DNA from: Deltaproteobacteria bacterium
GTDB taxonomy: Bacteria; JAGRBM01; JAHCIT01
Assembly: GCA_026129095.1 (NCBI GenBank)
Contig: JAHCIT010000005.1
Span: 248,001-312,000 of the forward strand
Direction: 5' to 3'
DNA length: 64,000 nucleotides
In this document: positions 28,642 to 39,638 of the stretch, piece by piece
How the letters are laid out: every line of letters begins with the position of its first letter
How positions within the stretch are numbered: position 1 is the stretch's first letter
Notes under the pieces: generated by a model
Database searches by the model: none
What the model was told of the DNA's origin: nothing
The model's input: the letters and a program-made list of their open reading frames with translations, nothing else
Position numbers and translations under genes: made by a program

Positions 28642-30699
28642 TCAGGAGGCCGCGTCGGCTTCGTCCCCGCCGATCAGCTTGTCCACATCCATCTTGTAGT
28701 CGACGGTGGTTTCAGCCTTGATCTTGTCCAGAAGCTGCTGCTGGATTTCGTTCCGCATATGGCGGGTGATCTCCTCGCGAAGCTCCGACATCTGCGCTTC
28801 CTTCTGGGCAGGATCGGGATCCTGCCGGGACTTGAGGCGAATCAGCACGAGCTTGTCCTCCACCTCGAAGGGACCGGCCGTTTCACCGGGTGTCTTGAGA
28901 TTGAATGCCGCCAGCTTTAGCGCGCCGGACTTTCCGATCTGGTTCACCACATCACGGCCGGAGGCACCAGCGGCCGAACCGGAATCGCTGCGCGAGAAGA
29001 CACCCGTATCGCCCGAGGCCGCTCCCTTGAGAAGCCTGGCCGCACGCTCGGCCGATCCACCGGGCCCGCTCATTGCCTTCCGGGCCTTGTCGAGGTCCGC
29101 GGCGATCCGCTCCCGGGCAAGCTGCTTTTTCACCCGCTCGGTAATCTGTTCACGGACCTCTTCCAGCGGACTCGGTGCAGGCGGCATCACATCCTTGAGC
29201 TGATAAACAATGACCCGGTTGCCGATCCGGGCCATCCGGGGAGCATCTCCCGGCTTCAGTGTTCCAAAAATTGCCTCTTCGTCGTCCTGGCCCAGCCTTC
29301 CGATTCCGGCGAGTGCTTCGCCACGGGAGAACGGCGGCGAGACGATGATTTCGGGCGCGCCATCACCGCCCGTCGCGGGCAGGCCGCTGGACCGGACCTT
29401 GTCAAGAAAGGCGGCCGATTCGATATCCACCACTGCCTGCGCCCGCTGGTTGGCAAGCTTGCGCCGGATCGCATCCTTCTGGTCATCGAATGGCTTTCGC
29501 GCACCAGTAGCGAACTTCTCCGAGACGTGAATAAACCGGTATGCACCCATCGACTCGAAGATTTCCGATGTATCGCCGAGGGCAAGCGTCTTGGCCTTCC
29601 CGACGATATCCTTGTTGAAGTACTTGTCGCTGATGAGTCCCAGGTCACCGCCACGCTTGAGCAGCTTCTCGCGGCGGTCGGTGCTCACCTCATTGGCCAC
29701 GGCGGCGAAATCCTCACCCCCACGGACACGGGCGAGAGCCTTTTCAATGATGTCCCCGGCCTTGGCCTTCTTCTCGTCCGCAGAAAGCTTCTTCAGCGCC
29801 TCGTCTTCGGGGTTGCCGAGGTCAAACCCGACGACCATTTCCCGCACCCGGAAGTTTTCCTCCGCGAACGTGAACTCCTCTGCATTCTGGTCATAGTAGG
29901 CGCGAATATCCGCATCGGAGATATTCTTCACGTTGTCGCGGTCACGGACTTCCTTGCTGGCCGGATTGAAGTCGGCATAACGGACCACCCGGCGCTCGGG
30001 CCGGAAAAACTCGACCTGGTTCTGGTTGTAATAATTGCGGATTTGCTCCTCGGTGGGCTTCATCGAGGAGGCCAGTTCAGCAATTCCGGTGCTGACGAAC
30101 TCAAGCGCAATCTTGGTATTGCGGTCCAGCCATTCCTGCTCCACATGAGCCCGGCTCGGCCGGACTCCATCGTAGAAGAGATTCGTCAGCTTCTGCCGGA
30201 TCAGATCCTCGCGCAGCTCATTCTCGAACTTTTCGGCCGTGGTCCGCCGCCGCTGCAGCCATTCCTGGTAGTTCTGGAGCCGGAATACGCCTTTCTCATC
30301 ATGAAAAGCGGGGGTTTCGCGCACCATGCGCCTGATTTCCTCGTCGCTCACATTGAGTCCCAGCTCGCGGGCCCGGTCGAGCGCCCCATACCGGAATATC
30401 AGCCGGTCTATCGAGAAGCTCTTTACCTGGGGAAGGAAGTAGGACTTGAGCTGTTCCCACTGGTCGCCATACTGCTCCTGAAACCGGTATTCCATCTGGC
30501 GGTAGGCTTCGAGGAACTCCCTGACCGTAATCTTGTGCTTGCCATTGATGACGGCGAAAGTTTGCTCTGCGCCCTCGCGGCTGCTCCGCCCGACATTGGG
30601 TACGACCATGAACCCGATGAAAAAAGACCCCGCCAGAAGCCAGAGGAGGATCTTGGAACCCAGTGACTTGAAACGCTGCGATACGGTCTGCTTGGCCAT
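28642..30699 (-). CDS. PpiD/SurA-like membrane-anchored periplasmic chaperone (parvulin domain)
   Basis: N-terminal TM, SurA-N-like region, DFAAVANEVSTD...GGDLG. Confidence 0.85.
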   Translation of the reverse strand: MAKQTVSQRFKSLGSKILLWLLAGSFFIGFMVVPNVGRSSREGAEQTFAVINGKHKITVREFLEAYRQMEYRFQEQYGDQWEQLKSYFLPQVKSFSIDRLIFRYGALDRARELGLNVSDEEIRRMVRETPAFHDEKGVFRLQNYQEWLQRRRTTAEKFENELREDLIRQKLTNLFYDGVRPSRAHVEQEWLDRNTKIALEFVSTGIAELASSMKPTEEQIRNYYNQNQVEFFRPERRVVRYADFNPASKEVRDRDNVKNISDADIRAYYDQNAEEFTFAEENFRVREMVVGFDLGNPEDEALKKLSADEKKAKAGDIIEKALARVRGGEDFAAVANEVSTDRREKLLKRGGDLGLISDKYFNKDIVGKAKTLALGDTSEIFESMGAYRFIHVSEKFATGARKPFDDQKDAIRRKLANQRAQAVVDIESAAFLDKVRSSGLPATGGDGAPEIIVSPPFSRGEALAGIGRLGQDDEEAIFGTLKPGDAPRMARIGNRVIVYQLKDVMPPAPSPLEEVREQITERVKKQLARERIAADLDKARKAMSGPGGSAERAARLLKGAASGDTGVFSRSDSGSAAGASGRDVVNQIGKSGALKLAAFNLKTPGETAGPFEVEDKLVLIRLKSRQDPDPAQKEAQMSELREEITRHMRNEIQQQLLDKIKAETTVDYKMDVDKLIGGDEADAAS

Positions 30700-30955
30700 T
30701 TGAACCTTAACCTGACAAAAACAGCCAAAAGGCTGGAATTTCCACGGGATAGGGCGGGGCTCCACCAGCCTGAATCCACCAAACCCGGGACCCCTCTAGT
30801 GGCCGGGAGAGCGGCCCCTTGTCAATCCCGCCCTTTGCCCCTTCAGGACACTGGCGCTCTGCCGCTGGACCGGTAATAAACATGCAGAAGGCCAAGGGCA
30901 GGGAACCGGAGAGCTTCACCGCCCGGTTAAGGAAAGGACTCGCTTCCGGCCATCC

Positions 30956-31834
30956 ATGTTCGCACTCTGGAACCGCCCTGCTCCCCGCCTGATATTTCTG
31001 ACGCTTGTTGCGATGGGAGCCTTTGCCACGAGCGTCTCCCGGCAGAACCAGATCGGCCCCATCCCGGCACTGGTACTGGACGCTTTCTCCCTCCTGCAGA
31101 TGACGGCCGCAAAGACAGTCAGCCTCACTGGCGAAGCAGGCAGCCGCTACGTGTATCTTGTCGGTGTGCAGAAACGCCTGGACCAGCTGGAAACGGAACG
31201 CGGCCACCTTCTTGCCGAACGGGCCGCGCTCGTCGAACTGGCGCGGGAAAATACCCGGCTCCGCGAACTGATCGGTCTCAAGGAAAAACTCGGCGGCGAT
31301 CTCGTTGCCGCCCGCGTCATCGGGATCGCCGACGAGGAAAAGGCGACACTTACCATCGACCGTGGTTCGCTCTCGGGAATCCAGCCAGGACAGGCCGTTC
31401 TCGCCAACGGCGGCGTGATCGGGCAGATCTGGTACGCCGGACGGCTTACATCCACTGTGCTGCTGCTGGAAGATCCCCGAAGCCGGGTGCCTGTCTACAA
31501 TGCCCGTTCACGGGCCCGGAGCATCGTGACGGGCGGTGGAGCAGGCGATCCGCTGGAAGTAAACCGCGTCCGCCGTACCGATGACGTTCAGCCGGGCGAC
31601 CTGCTCATTTCGGCCGGGTCAGGGCTGATCTTTCCCCGTGGCCTCCCTGTGGCGATGGTAACTGCCGTGGGAAATCCCGGCGTCGGCCTTACGCTGCCCG
31701 TGACGGCTGTTCCGGCAGCCAGTGTCAGGCATCTGGATGAGGTGCTGGTGGTACGGGCGCGGGCCGAGGCCGGAGACGAAACGGAGGAAACCCCGGCTGA
31801 TATCCAGCCACCTGCCGAAGGAAACCCGCCATGA
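30956..31834 (+). CDS. mreC: Rod shape-determining protein MreC
   Basis: ENTRLRELIG, ARVIG, IDRG, FPRGLPVA; operon context. Confidence 0.92.
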   Translation: MFALWNRPAPRLIFLTLVAMGAFATSVSRQNQIGPIPALVLDAFSLLQMTAAKTVSLTGEAGSRYVYLVGVQKRLDQLETERGHLLAERAALVELARENTRLRELIGLKEKLGGDLVAARVIGIADEEKATLTIDRGSLSGIQPGQAVLANGGVIGQIWYAGRLTSTVLLLEDPRSRVPVYNARSRARSIVTGGGAGDPLEVNRVRRTDDVQPGDLLISAGSGLIFPRGLPVAMVTAVGNPGVGLTLPVTAVPAASVRHLDEVLVVRARAEAGDETEETPADIQPPAEGNPP

Positions 31835-32397
31835 TTGATCCGAATGCCGATCCGGTGTGGCGCGGGTTTTTCCTGTACGTGCTGGCGGGCGCCATCTGCC
31901 TGATCCTCCAGCAGACAGTCCTCATACCGTTCCTGCCGTGGCTCACCATCCAGCCGCTGGTGGTACTCACTGTCCATGCCGGCTTCCGCCGGGGTCCATT
32001 CGAGGCAGGCTGGATCGCTACCGTGCTGGGCATCCTGTGGGATGTGACAGGGAGCGGCCTGTTCGGTGCCTGCTGGCTGCGGCTGATGTTCGTCCTCCTG
32101 GCGGTCCATTTTGGCCGCCGTTTCCTGCGGGACACACTCCCTTTTCTGCTGTTTGCCGTCGTTCTGGCCACGGTGATCGAACGGGCGGCGATCATACTGC
32201 AATATACCGGGTTCGCCGGCTTGCCATCCGGTCCCGCCGGAAGCCTGTCAAACCTGCCGGCGTCCGTGTTTTTCAACCTGATCCTCACCGTAGTCCTCTC
32301 GGCGCTGATCGAATGGGCCTTCCGGATCCGTCCATTCCGGCTGTCGGAGGCTGGCATCTCGGTAACCGGCCCAGGCGGTTTCGGGCGCGAAAGGTAG
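31831..32397 (+). CDS. mreD: Rod shape-determining protein MreD
   Basis: Multi-TM protein with GILWD motif between mreC and mrdA. Confidence 0.8.
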   Translation: MIDPNADPVWRGFFLYVLAGAICLILQQTVLIPFLPWLTIQPLVVLTVHAGFRRGPFEAGWIATVLGILWDVTGSGLFGACWLRLMFVLLAVHFGRRFLRDTLPFLLFAVVLATVIERAAIILQYTGFAGLPSGPAGSLSNLPASVFFNLILTVVLSALIEWAFRIRPFRLSEAGISVTGPGGFGRER

Positions 32398-32400
32398 GAA

Positions 32401-34362
32401 ATGGCTTCCTACCTCGACACTAGCGAAATCCTGAAACGCCTGCAGGGTCGGGTTACGTTTCTGGTGATCCTGTTCGCCATTCCGCTCCTGCTGCTGGTGG
32501 CGCGCCTGTTCGTGCTGCAGATCGTACACCACGAGTTCTACGCGGGGCTGAGCCGGGACAACAAGCTCATCAGTGAGCGGATTGCCGGATATCGCGGCAT
32601 TGTGAAGGACCGCCACGGAATCACTCTGGCGGAATCGCGGGCGGGGTTCTCTCTCGTGCTGCTGCCGGACCAGTTCCGGGCGCCCCGGCACGACAAAATC
32701 CGCAGGGCAGAGATAGATGCCGTCATCACCCAGATCGCCGGACTGCTGGAGGATGAGCCGGAGAATATCCGCCGTTTCATCGCCTCATGGAAGGGCCGGG
32801 ACCGGTTCTTTTACCAGCCTTACCGGCGCGATCTCACCTGGGACCAGATGTCCCGGATCGAGGAAGCGCATCTTCCGCCTGCCTATGCCGATGTCGTTAC
32901 CGATCCGGTACGGGACTACCCGTTCGGACGAAACCTGTCGCACGTGCTTGGTTACGTGGGCGAGGTAAACGAAACGGAACTGGCGCAACTCCGCGAGGCC
33001 CACCCCGGCAAGGACTACCGGCAGGGTGACTGGATCGGGAAAGCCGGTCTGGAGCTCACCTTTGAACAGGATCTCCGGGGCCAGCCGGGATACCGCGAAC
33101 GGGTAGCCAATGCCCGTGGCGAACTGGTGGAGCCCGAGGATCTCGCGGAATTCGGCATCTCCGGCGAATACATCCCGGCACAGGCGGGGAACTCGCTCGT
33201 GCTCACCATCGACGCCGAACTGCAGACGTACGCCTGGGAACGGATGCTCGGCACCCGTGAAGGCGCACTGATCGCACTCGATCCGCGGAACGGCGAAATC
33301 CTGGCCATGATCGACAAGCCGGGCTTTGACCCCAACCAGTTCTCGATCGGAATATCCGGTGCCGCGTTCAGCGCGCTGCTGAACGATCCCGACCGTCCGC
33401 TTTTTTCCCGCGCCATACAGGGACGCTACCCGCCCGGCTCGACCTACAAGATCGTCACCCAGGCCGCCGCCCTCCAGGAAGGCGTCATCGGCCCGCACAC
33501 GTCCTGGCTGTGCACCGGCAAGAAAAAGTTCGGGAACCGCGACTTCGGGTGCTGGAAGAAGGAAGGACACAGCACCATGGCGGCGCACGATGCGATGAAG
33601 CACAGCTGTGACGTCTACTTCTACAGCGCCGGGGCCCTGCTCGGCATCGACAAGCTGGCCTACTGGTCGGGGCACTTCGGCCTCGGCAAGCCCACCGGAA
33701 TCGAACTCCCACGCGAAACTGCCGGTGTGAACCCCAGTCCCGAATGGAAACAGCGGACAATGAAGGAACCCTGGTACTGGGGCGAGGTTATCAGTTCAGC
33801 CATCGGACAGGGTTACACACTGATGAGCCCCCTCCAGGTGGCCAAGATGACATCCGTCATCGCGGCAGGCGGGCGGGTCTTCCGTCCGCATCTGGTCCGC
33901 CAGGTCCAGTCCCCAACCGGAAAACTCATCCGCACCATTCCCGTGGATCCCGAAATCGTCCTCCCTCTCCGGCCGGAAGTCATCGATACGGTAGCCGACG
34001 GAATGCGGGCCGTCGTGAACGAGCCCGGCGGAACGGCCTACCGCGTTCACAGCAAGGAAATCGTGATCGCCGGGAAGACCGGAACCGCGCAGGTCACAAC
34101 CATGGACGTCCAGCGCCAGTACAAGGAGCAGAAGCTGCCTCTGCCCTACGAGCTTGAGGATCACGCCTGGTTTACCGCCTTCGCTCCGGCCGGGCCGTAC
34201 GAAACGCCGGAGATCGTCGTCGCCGCGCTCATCGGCCATGGCGGATCAGGAAGCCGTACGGCTGCGCCGGTCGTGGCCGATGTCATCGCGGAATGGAAGC
34301 GGCTGAAGGAGCGCCGGCAGCTTGAGGCAAGCGCCGCTGGTGCCGGGGGCGGACACCGATGA
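32401..34362 (+). CDS. mrdA: Penicillin-binding protein 2
   Basis: RGIVKDR, PPGSTYK, SCD, GKTGTAQ, DHAWF. Confidence 0.95.
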   Translation: MASYLDTSEILKRLQGRVTFLVILFAIPLLLLVARLFVLQIVHHEFYAGLSRDNKLISERIAGYRGIVKDRHGITLAESRAGFSLVLLPDQFRAPRHDKIRRAEIDAVITQIAGLLEDEPENIRRFIASWKGRDRFFYQPYRRDLTWDQMSRIEEAHLPPAYADVVTDPVRDYPFGRNLSHVLGYVGEVNETELAQLREAHPGKDYRQGDWIGKAGLELTFEQDLRGQPGYRERVANARGELVEPEDLAEFGISGEYIPAQAGNSLVLTIDAELQTYAWERMLGTREGALIALDPRNGEILAMIDKPGFDPNQFSIGISGAAFSALLNDPDRPLFSRAIQGRYPPGSTYKIVTQAAALQEGVIGPHTSWLCTGKKKFGNRDFGCWKKEGHSTMAAHDAMKHSCDVYFYSAGALLGIDKLAYWSGHFGLGKPTGIELPRETAGVNPSPEWKQRTMKEPWYWGEVISSAIGQGYTLMSPLQVAKMTSVIAAGGRVFRPHLVRQVQSPTGKLIRTIPVDPEIVLPLRPEVIDTVADGMRAVVNEPGGTAYRVHSKEIVIAGKTGTAQVTTMDVQRQYKEQKLPLPYELEDHAWFTAFAPAGPYETPEIVVAALIGHGGSGSRTAAPVVADVIAEWKRLKERRQLEASAAGAGGGHR

Positions 34363-35483
34363 CGGGAAGGACCGGACCCTCGCGCCTGGACGGCTGGATC
34401 ATCTGGCCGCTCGCCATGATTTCCGTCGCGTCGGTGATCAATCTCGTGAGCGCAGGACAGACCATCGCCGGCAGGCCCGTCTGGATTTCGCAGGTGGTTG
34501 CCATCGCGGTTGGTGCGGTGATCTTCGGGATCGTTTCGCTGGTGGACCTGAAGTCCATCGAGCGGTGGGCCTACTGGCTGTATGCGACTGGCATCCTGGT
34601 GCTCGCCTCAGTGCATTTCGTGGGATACAGCGCTGGCGGTGCAAAAAGCTGGCTCAGGCTGGGTCCGGTGGGGCTTCAGCCGTCAGAGCCGATGAAAATC
34701 ATCCTCATCATCACGCTGGCACGATTGCTGGTCCGGCAGGGACTGGAACGGCCCGTGGGACTGAGCTCCCTGCCCAAGATACTGGCACTTGCATTACCGC
34801 CTCTCGCACTGATCCTGAAGGAGCCGGACGTCGGGACAGCGGTGATTTATGCCACCATGATCGGAACGCTGATCCTCTTCGCAGGGATCGACACGACGCT
34901 GAAACGTCTTGCAGCCGGTTCGATGATCCTCGTTATCGGTGGCCTGTCCTTCTATGTCTTCATTCTGGATCGCGACCCGCTCCAGCACCTGAAGGCACAC
35001 CACCGGAAGCGGCTCGTCGCACTTGTCGATCTTGAATCCGATCCCAAAGGTGTCGGCTACCAGCAGATCCAGGCCAAGATCGCCATCGGCTCAGGTGGCA
35101 CAGGGGGCCTTGGATGGATGCGCGGCAGGCAGAGCCAGTTTGCCTACGTGCCCAAGCAGCATACCGATTTCGCCTTCTGTGTGCTGGCCGAGGAGTGGGG
35201 ATTCACCGGAGCGCTCGCCGTGATCACCTGCTTCTGGATCCTGATACTCCGGGGGGCCGCAGCCGCCCGCGAATCCCGCGACCCGTTCGGGACGCTCCTC
35301 TGCGTGGGGGTCGTGTCCCTTCTTTTCTGGCACATGGTCATCAACCTGGGAATGAATCTCGCCGTCATGCCGGTCATCGGCATTCCGCTGCCGGTCATAT
35401 CCGCTGGAGGAAGCTCCGTGCTGACACTGTTCGCCGGAATGGGCATCATCGCGGCGGTTTACCGGGACCGGTTCCATTTCTAG
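34359..35483 (+). CDS. rodA: Rod shape-determining protein RodA (SEDS family)
   Basis: QPSE, EPDVGT, AIGSGG, HTDF, EEWGF, GIPLP. Confidence 0.95.
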   Translation: MTGRTGPSRLDGWIIWPLAMISVASVINLVSAGQTIAGRPVWISQVVAIAVGAVIFGIVSLVDLKSIERWAYWLYATGILVLASVHFVGYSAGGAKSWLRLGPVGLQPSEPMKIILIITLARLLVRQGLERPVGLSSLPKILALALPPLALILKEPDVGTAVIYATMIGTLILFAGIDTTLKRLAAGSMILVIGGLSFYVFILDRDPLQHLKAHHRKRLVALVDLESDPKGVGYQQIQAKIAIGSGGTGGLGWMRGRQSQFAYVPKQHTDFAFCVLAEEWGFTGALAVITCFWILILRGAAAARESRDPFGTLLCVGVVSLLFWHMVINLGMNLAVMPVIGIPLPVISAGGSSVLTLFAGMGIIAAVYRDRFHF

Positions 35484-35504
35484 CCGTAGTGCGGATGGCC
35501 GGCT

Positions 35505-36179
35505 CTACTTGAGCCCCGGCCCGCTTTTCACACCGACGCGGGGGCAGATATCCGCCAGGATGCAGCCCTCGCAGCGGGGCTTCCGTGCCGCACAGGTGTC
35601 CCGGCCGAGAAAGATCAGACGGTGGGAAAAATTGGTCCACTCGTCTTCCGGCAACAGGCCCATCAGCTCGAACTCCACCTTGACGGGATCCGTGTGACGG
35701 GTGAGACCCAGGCGGCGGGAGAGCCGTCCCACATGCGTATCCACCACGAGTCCGGGAATATCGAAGGCGTTGCCGCGTACCACGTTGGCTGTCTTGCGGC
35801 CGACACCGCGAAGCGAAATGAGGGCGTCCAGTTCCACCGGTACCCTGCCACCGAACCTTTCAACGATATCCCGGCAGGCCTCCTGTATTGATTTCGCCTT
35901 TGAACGGAAGAAACCGGTCGAGCGGATCAGCTTCTCGATTTCCCCGATATCGGCACGGGCGAATGCCTCTGCCGTGGGGAACCGGGCAAACAGGGCTGGT
36001 GTCACCATGTTGACCCGCACATCCGTACACTGGGCCGACAGGATTGTTGCCACGAGCAGCTGGAGCGGCCCCTCATGGACAAGCGCGCACTCGGGATCCC
36101 TGTACCGGCGCTTGAGACGCCGGACCACTTCCAGGGCACGGGTCCGCCTGGCCACGGCTGTTTCACGGGATTTAGCCAT
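35505..36179 (-). CDS. nth: Endonuclease III
   Basis: ILSAQCTD, GVGRKTANVV, VDTHV, C-x6-C-x2-C-x5-C cluster. Confidence 0.96.
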   Translation of the reverse strand: MAKSRETAVARRTRALEVVRRLKRRYRDPECALVHEGPLQLLVATILSAQCTDVRVNMVTPALFARFPTAEAFARADIGEIEKLIRSTGFFRSKAKSIQEACRDIVERFGGRVPVELDALISLRGVGRKTANVVRGNAFDIPGLVVDTHVGRLSRRLGLTRHTDPVKVEFELMGLLPEDEWTNFSHRLIFLGRDTCAARKPRCEGCILADICPRVGVKSGPGLK

Positions 36180-37284
36180 TACCAGGCCCCGCTTGAGCGA
36201 ACAGGGAGCGTACCGGATCCGGAAGCGCCGTCTCTGGTACCGCTGCAAGCCCTCCCGACATGTCCGCACTGCTGTAGGTGTTCCAGAACATCGCCGGCCC
36301 CTTGCAGCCACGCGCACGGTGCAGCAGCGCCGCAAGAGTTTTCCCCGTATAAGTGGTTTCGAGACTCAACCCTTCGCTCTCCCCGGCCCGGCGGACCGCC
36401 TCGCGTGACGCCGCCGTCGGGTCGCCATAGCAGCGGCCCAGATAGCCGGTCTCGAACCGCAGCCGTGCACGGGAAACGGGAGGTAACGGACGGCCCGTGA
36501 GCGACTGGAGCTTTCGGTGACCGGCTTCGGCCAGCAGCCAGACAACGTATGGGTTGCTCAGGGGCCGCTCCACAACCTGCACGGCTCGAACATTCACGTC
36601 TGCTTCCGCCAGATGAAACCCGAGCAGCAATCCTGCTGCCGTTCCGCCAGAACCCGCCGCGACAAAAACATCGGACGGGAGGGGACATTCCCCCGCTTTC
36701 GCCTGACCGACCAGTTCCAGTGCCGCTCCGGCATAGGCCAGCACGGTAAGCGGTGTCGAACCGCCCGGAACCAGGACATACGTCCGGTTACCAGGCAGGA
36801 ATGTACGGCCCGCTTCCGCCGCGATCCGCGCCGCCATTTCTGCCGGGCCGGATACGGGCACGATGTCCGCCCCGAAGGAGTGCAAAAGGCGCTGAACCTC
36901 CACCACATGCGGCGTCAGCGGCTGGGGCATCACATAACCAGTGGTCCCGATCCCGAAGCTCCGGGCAAAAGCCGCCGTGGCCAGCACATGATGGGAGCCC
37001 CAGCCTCCACCTGTGACAATCCGTTTCAACCCGCGGCGGAAAACTTCCGGGAAAACCAGTTCCAGCTTCCGGACCTTGTTGCCGCCATAGAGGCCAGAAC
37101 TGGTATCGTCGCACTTGAGCCATATCTCCGCCCCCGTTTCACGCGACAAACCCCCTGCCCGTTTTACTGGCGTCGGAAAGCGCCCAAGCGGTTCGGCGGG
37201 CAATCGGCCAGCGAGCTCCGGAGCAAAGCGGTACAAGGCGTCGGGCGGCATCAGCAGGAAAGGTAGCATGGAGCCGGGCGTCAT
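36172..37284 (-). CDS. PLP-dependent D-cysteine desulfhydrase/ACC deaminase family protein
   Basis: FPTP, YGGNKVRKLE, GSGGTAAGL, YTGK. Confidence 0.88.
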   Translation of the reverse strand: MTPGSMLPFLLMPPDALYRFAPELAGRLPAEPLGRFPTPVKRAGGLSRETGAEIWLKCDDTSSGLYGGNKVRKLELVFPEVFRRGLKRIVTGGGWGSHHVLATAAFARSFGIGTTGYVMPQPLTPHVVEVQRLLHSFGADIVPVSGPAEMAARIAAEAGRTFLPGNRTYVLVPGGSTPLTVLAYAGAALELVGQAKAGECPLPSDVFVAAGSGGTAAGLLLGFHLAEADVNVRAVQVVERPLSNPYVVWLLAEAGHRKLQSLTGRPLPPVSRARLRFETGYLGRCYGDPTAASREAVRRAGESEGLSLETTYTGKTLAALLHRARGCKGPAMFWNTYSSADMSGGLAAVPETALPDPVRSLFAQAGPGNG

Positions 37285-37329
37285 TGGCGAAATCCCGTTC
37301 GGGACCGTCTACAATCATCGCCAGAGCCT

Positions 37330-38637
37330 ATGCGGATAGCAGTTATCGGAGCCGGTTATGTGGGTCTTGTGACGGGGACGTGTCTCGCCGAGACGGGAAA
37401 CGACGTGGTTCTGGTGGACACGGACCCGGAGAAGATCAAAGTCCTGCGGCGTGGCGAGTGCCCCATCTACGAGGCAGGCCTGGAGCGCCTGATCCAGAGA
37501 AACGTGAAGGGCGACCGGCTCGCCTTTACCACGGATACGGCTTCCGCCGTGAAGGGCCGGCAGGTGGTATTCATCTGCGTTTCGACCCCGCCGGGCGAAA
37601 ACGGCCAGTGCGATACCCGGAACATTGAATCGGCTGCCCGCGCACTGGCACCCGCACTGGCAGCAAATACCATCGTAGCCCTGAAAAGTACCGCTCCTGT
37701 AGGAACGACAGCGAAAATACGCGAGTGGATTTCTGCCGGAACACAAACCCCGTTCCATGTGGCGTCAAACCCCGAGTTCCTCAAGGAAGGAACGGCGGTC
37801 AATGATTTCCTCAAGCCCGACCGGATCATCATCGGTTCCGACAATCCGGTGGTGTTCGAAACACTGGAGGCACTCTACGCGCCATTTGTGCGTACCAACA
37901 AACCCATACTGCGGATGGATATCGCCAGCAGCGAACTCTCCAAATATGCCGCAAACGCCTACCTCGCCATGCGTATTTCGTACGTGAATGAACTGGCGTT
38001 GCTTACTGGCCGGGTTGGAGCCGATATCTCCGCCGTTCGTCGCGCCATCGGCAGCGATCCGCGCATCGGCGAAGGGTTTCTGTTCCCCGGGCCGGGCTAT
38101 GGCGGATCGTGTTTCCCAAAAGACGTCCTGGCCTACCGGGAGCTTGGCCGGTCGGCGGGACTCACACTGGAGCTGGCCGAAGCAACCCACCGCGTAAATG
38201 AGCGCCAGAAGCAATACGTGCTGGAACGGACTATCGAAGCACTCGGTGGCCAGCCGAAGGGGAAGCGTGCAGCTATCTGGGGGCTTTCGTTCAAGGCCGG
38301 AACCGACGACTGCCGGGATTCAGCTTCGCTCACCGTGATTGAGGGGTTGCATTCGGCAGGCGTTCTGGTCACCGGCTACGACCCTGAGGCCCGCGAACGG
38401 AATCTGGGCGACGTGGCCCGCCATGTCCGTCTGGTGCAGAAACCGTACGACGCGCTTGAGGATGCCGACGTGCTTGTGATTCTGACCGAGTGGAACGAAT
38501 TCCGCGAGCCGGACTTTGAGCGGATGAAGTCGCTGCTGAAGTCGCCCGTTGTCGTTGATGGCCGGAACCTGTACCGGAAGAACCGGATCGAATCACTCGG
38601 TTTCCGCTACTTTGGTATCGGGGGCCACCGTACGTGA
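37330..38637 (+). CDS. ugd: UDP-glucose 6-dehydrogenase
   Basis: GAGYVG, KSTAP, SNPEFLKEG, GYGGSCFPKD. Confidence 0.95.
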   Translation: MRIAVIGAGYVGLVTGTCLAETGNDVVLVDTDPEKIKVLRRGECPIYEAGLERLIQRNVKGDRLAFTTDTASAVKGRQVVFICVSTPPGENGQCDTRNIESAARALAPALAANTIVALKSTAPVGTTAKIREWISAGTQTPFHVASNPEFLKEGTAVNDFLKPDRIIIGSDNPVVFETLEALYAPFVRTNKPILRMDIASSELSKYAANAYLAMRISYVNELALLTGRVGADISAVRRAIGSDPRIGEGFLFPGPGYGGSCFPKDVLAYRELGRSAGLTLELAEATHRVNERQKQYVLERTIEALGGQPKGKRAAIWGLSFKAGTDDCRDSASLTVIEGLHSAGVLVTGYDPEARERNLGDVARHVRLVQKPYDALEDADVLVILTEWNEFREPDFERMKSLLKSPVVVDGRNLYRKNRIESLGFRYFGIGGHRT

Positions 38638-39599
38638 CTGTCCCAAACCTTGCGGATTTCTACCGGGGTGGCGCCGTTGTTATTGCCGGTGGCGCCGGCT
38701 TCATCGGCTCACACCTTGCAGAACGGCTGATGGCTCTGGGCGCGGGCGTCACGGTCATTGACAATGAACTGACAGGTTCGAGAAAGAATCTTGCCGGCAG
38801 CCCGGCCGTCACGTTCATCCGGGCAGACGTGACCGAGCCGCTGCCTCCGCTGCCCCCGAAACCTGCCGCCGTTTTCAATCTCGCTTCGGCGGCCTCCCCG
38901 GTTCATTACACGAAATACGCCATCGAGACGCTCCGTGCCGGCTCAAAGGGAACGGAAAACCTGCTCGACCTGGCTGAAAAATCCGGGGCCGTATTCGTGC
39001 AGGCCTCCACAAGCGAGGTTTACGGCGACCCTGATATCCACCCCCAGCCCGAAACCTACTGGGGCCGGGTAAATCCCGTGGGGCCCCGCTCCATGTACGA
39101 CGAGGCAAAACGCTACGGGGAGGCCCTGTGCGCCGCCTATGAACGAAGCCGCGGTGCCAACGTCCGGATTGCCCGCATTTTCAATACGTATGGGCCACGA
39201 ATGCAGCTTGATGATGGGCGCGTGGTGCCCAACTTCATCGCACAGGCTCTCCGGGGCCAGCCGCTCACTGTATATGGAGACGGGAAACAGACCCGCTCGT
39301 TCTGCTACGTGAGCGACCTGGTGGACGGCCTGCTCAGGCTTGGGGCGTCGGACGTGCGCGGCCCGGTGAACCTGGGGACTGGCGATGAGCGCACCATTCT
39401 GGACTTCGCCGGACTGATCCGGAAACTTACCGGCGCACAATCGGAAATTGCCTTCCGGCCGCTGCCCACGGACGATCCGCTGCAGCGCAAGCCCGACAAC
39501 ACCCGCGCCCGGCAGCTTCTTGGATGGGAACCGGTAGTGCCGCTGGAAGATGGCCTTAAAGAGACAATCCGCTACTTCCAGAAGGTCATGGGAGCCTGA
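38634..39599 (+). CDS. UDP-glucuronate decarboxylase (UDP-xylose synthase) family
   Basis: GGAGFIGSH, ASPVHY, STSEVYGDP, YDEAKR, RIFNTYGPRM, DGRVV. Confidence 0.9.
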   Translation: MTVPNLADFYRGGAVVIAGGAGFIGSHLAERLMALGAGVTVIDNELTGSRKNLAGSPAVTFIRADVTEPLPPLPPKPAAVFNLASAASPVHYTKYAIETLRAGSKGTENLLDLAEKSGAVFVQASTSEVYGDPDIHPQPETYWGRVNPVGPRSMYDEAKRYGEALCAAYERSRGANVRIARIFNTYGPRMQLDDGRVVPNFIAQALRGQPLTVYGDGKQTRSFCYVSDLVDGLLRLGASDVRGPVNLGTGDERTILDFAGLIRKLTGAQSEIAFRPLPTDDPLQRKPDNTRARQLLGWEPVVPLEDGLKETIRYFQKVMGA

Positions 39600-39638
39600 C
39601 TATCGCCCTTCCCTCTCCGCTCGACTATCTATCTCTCC

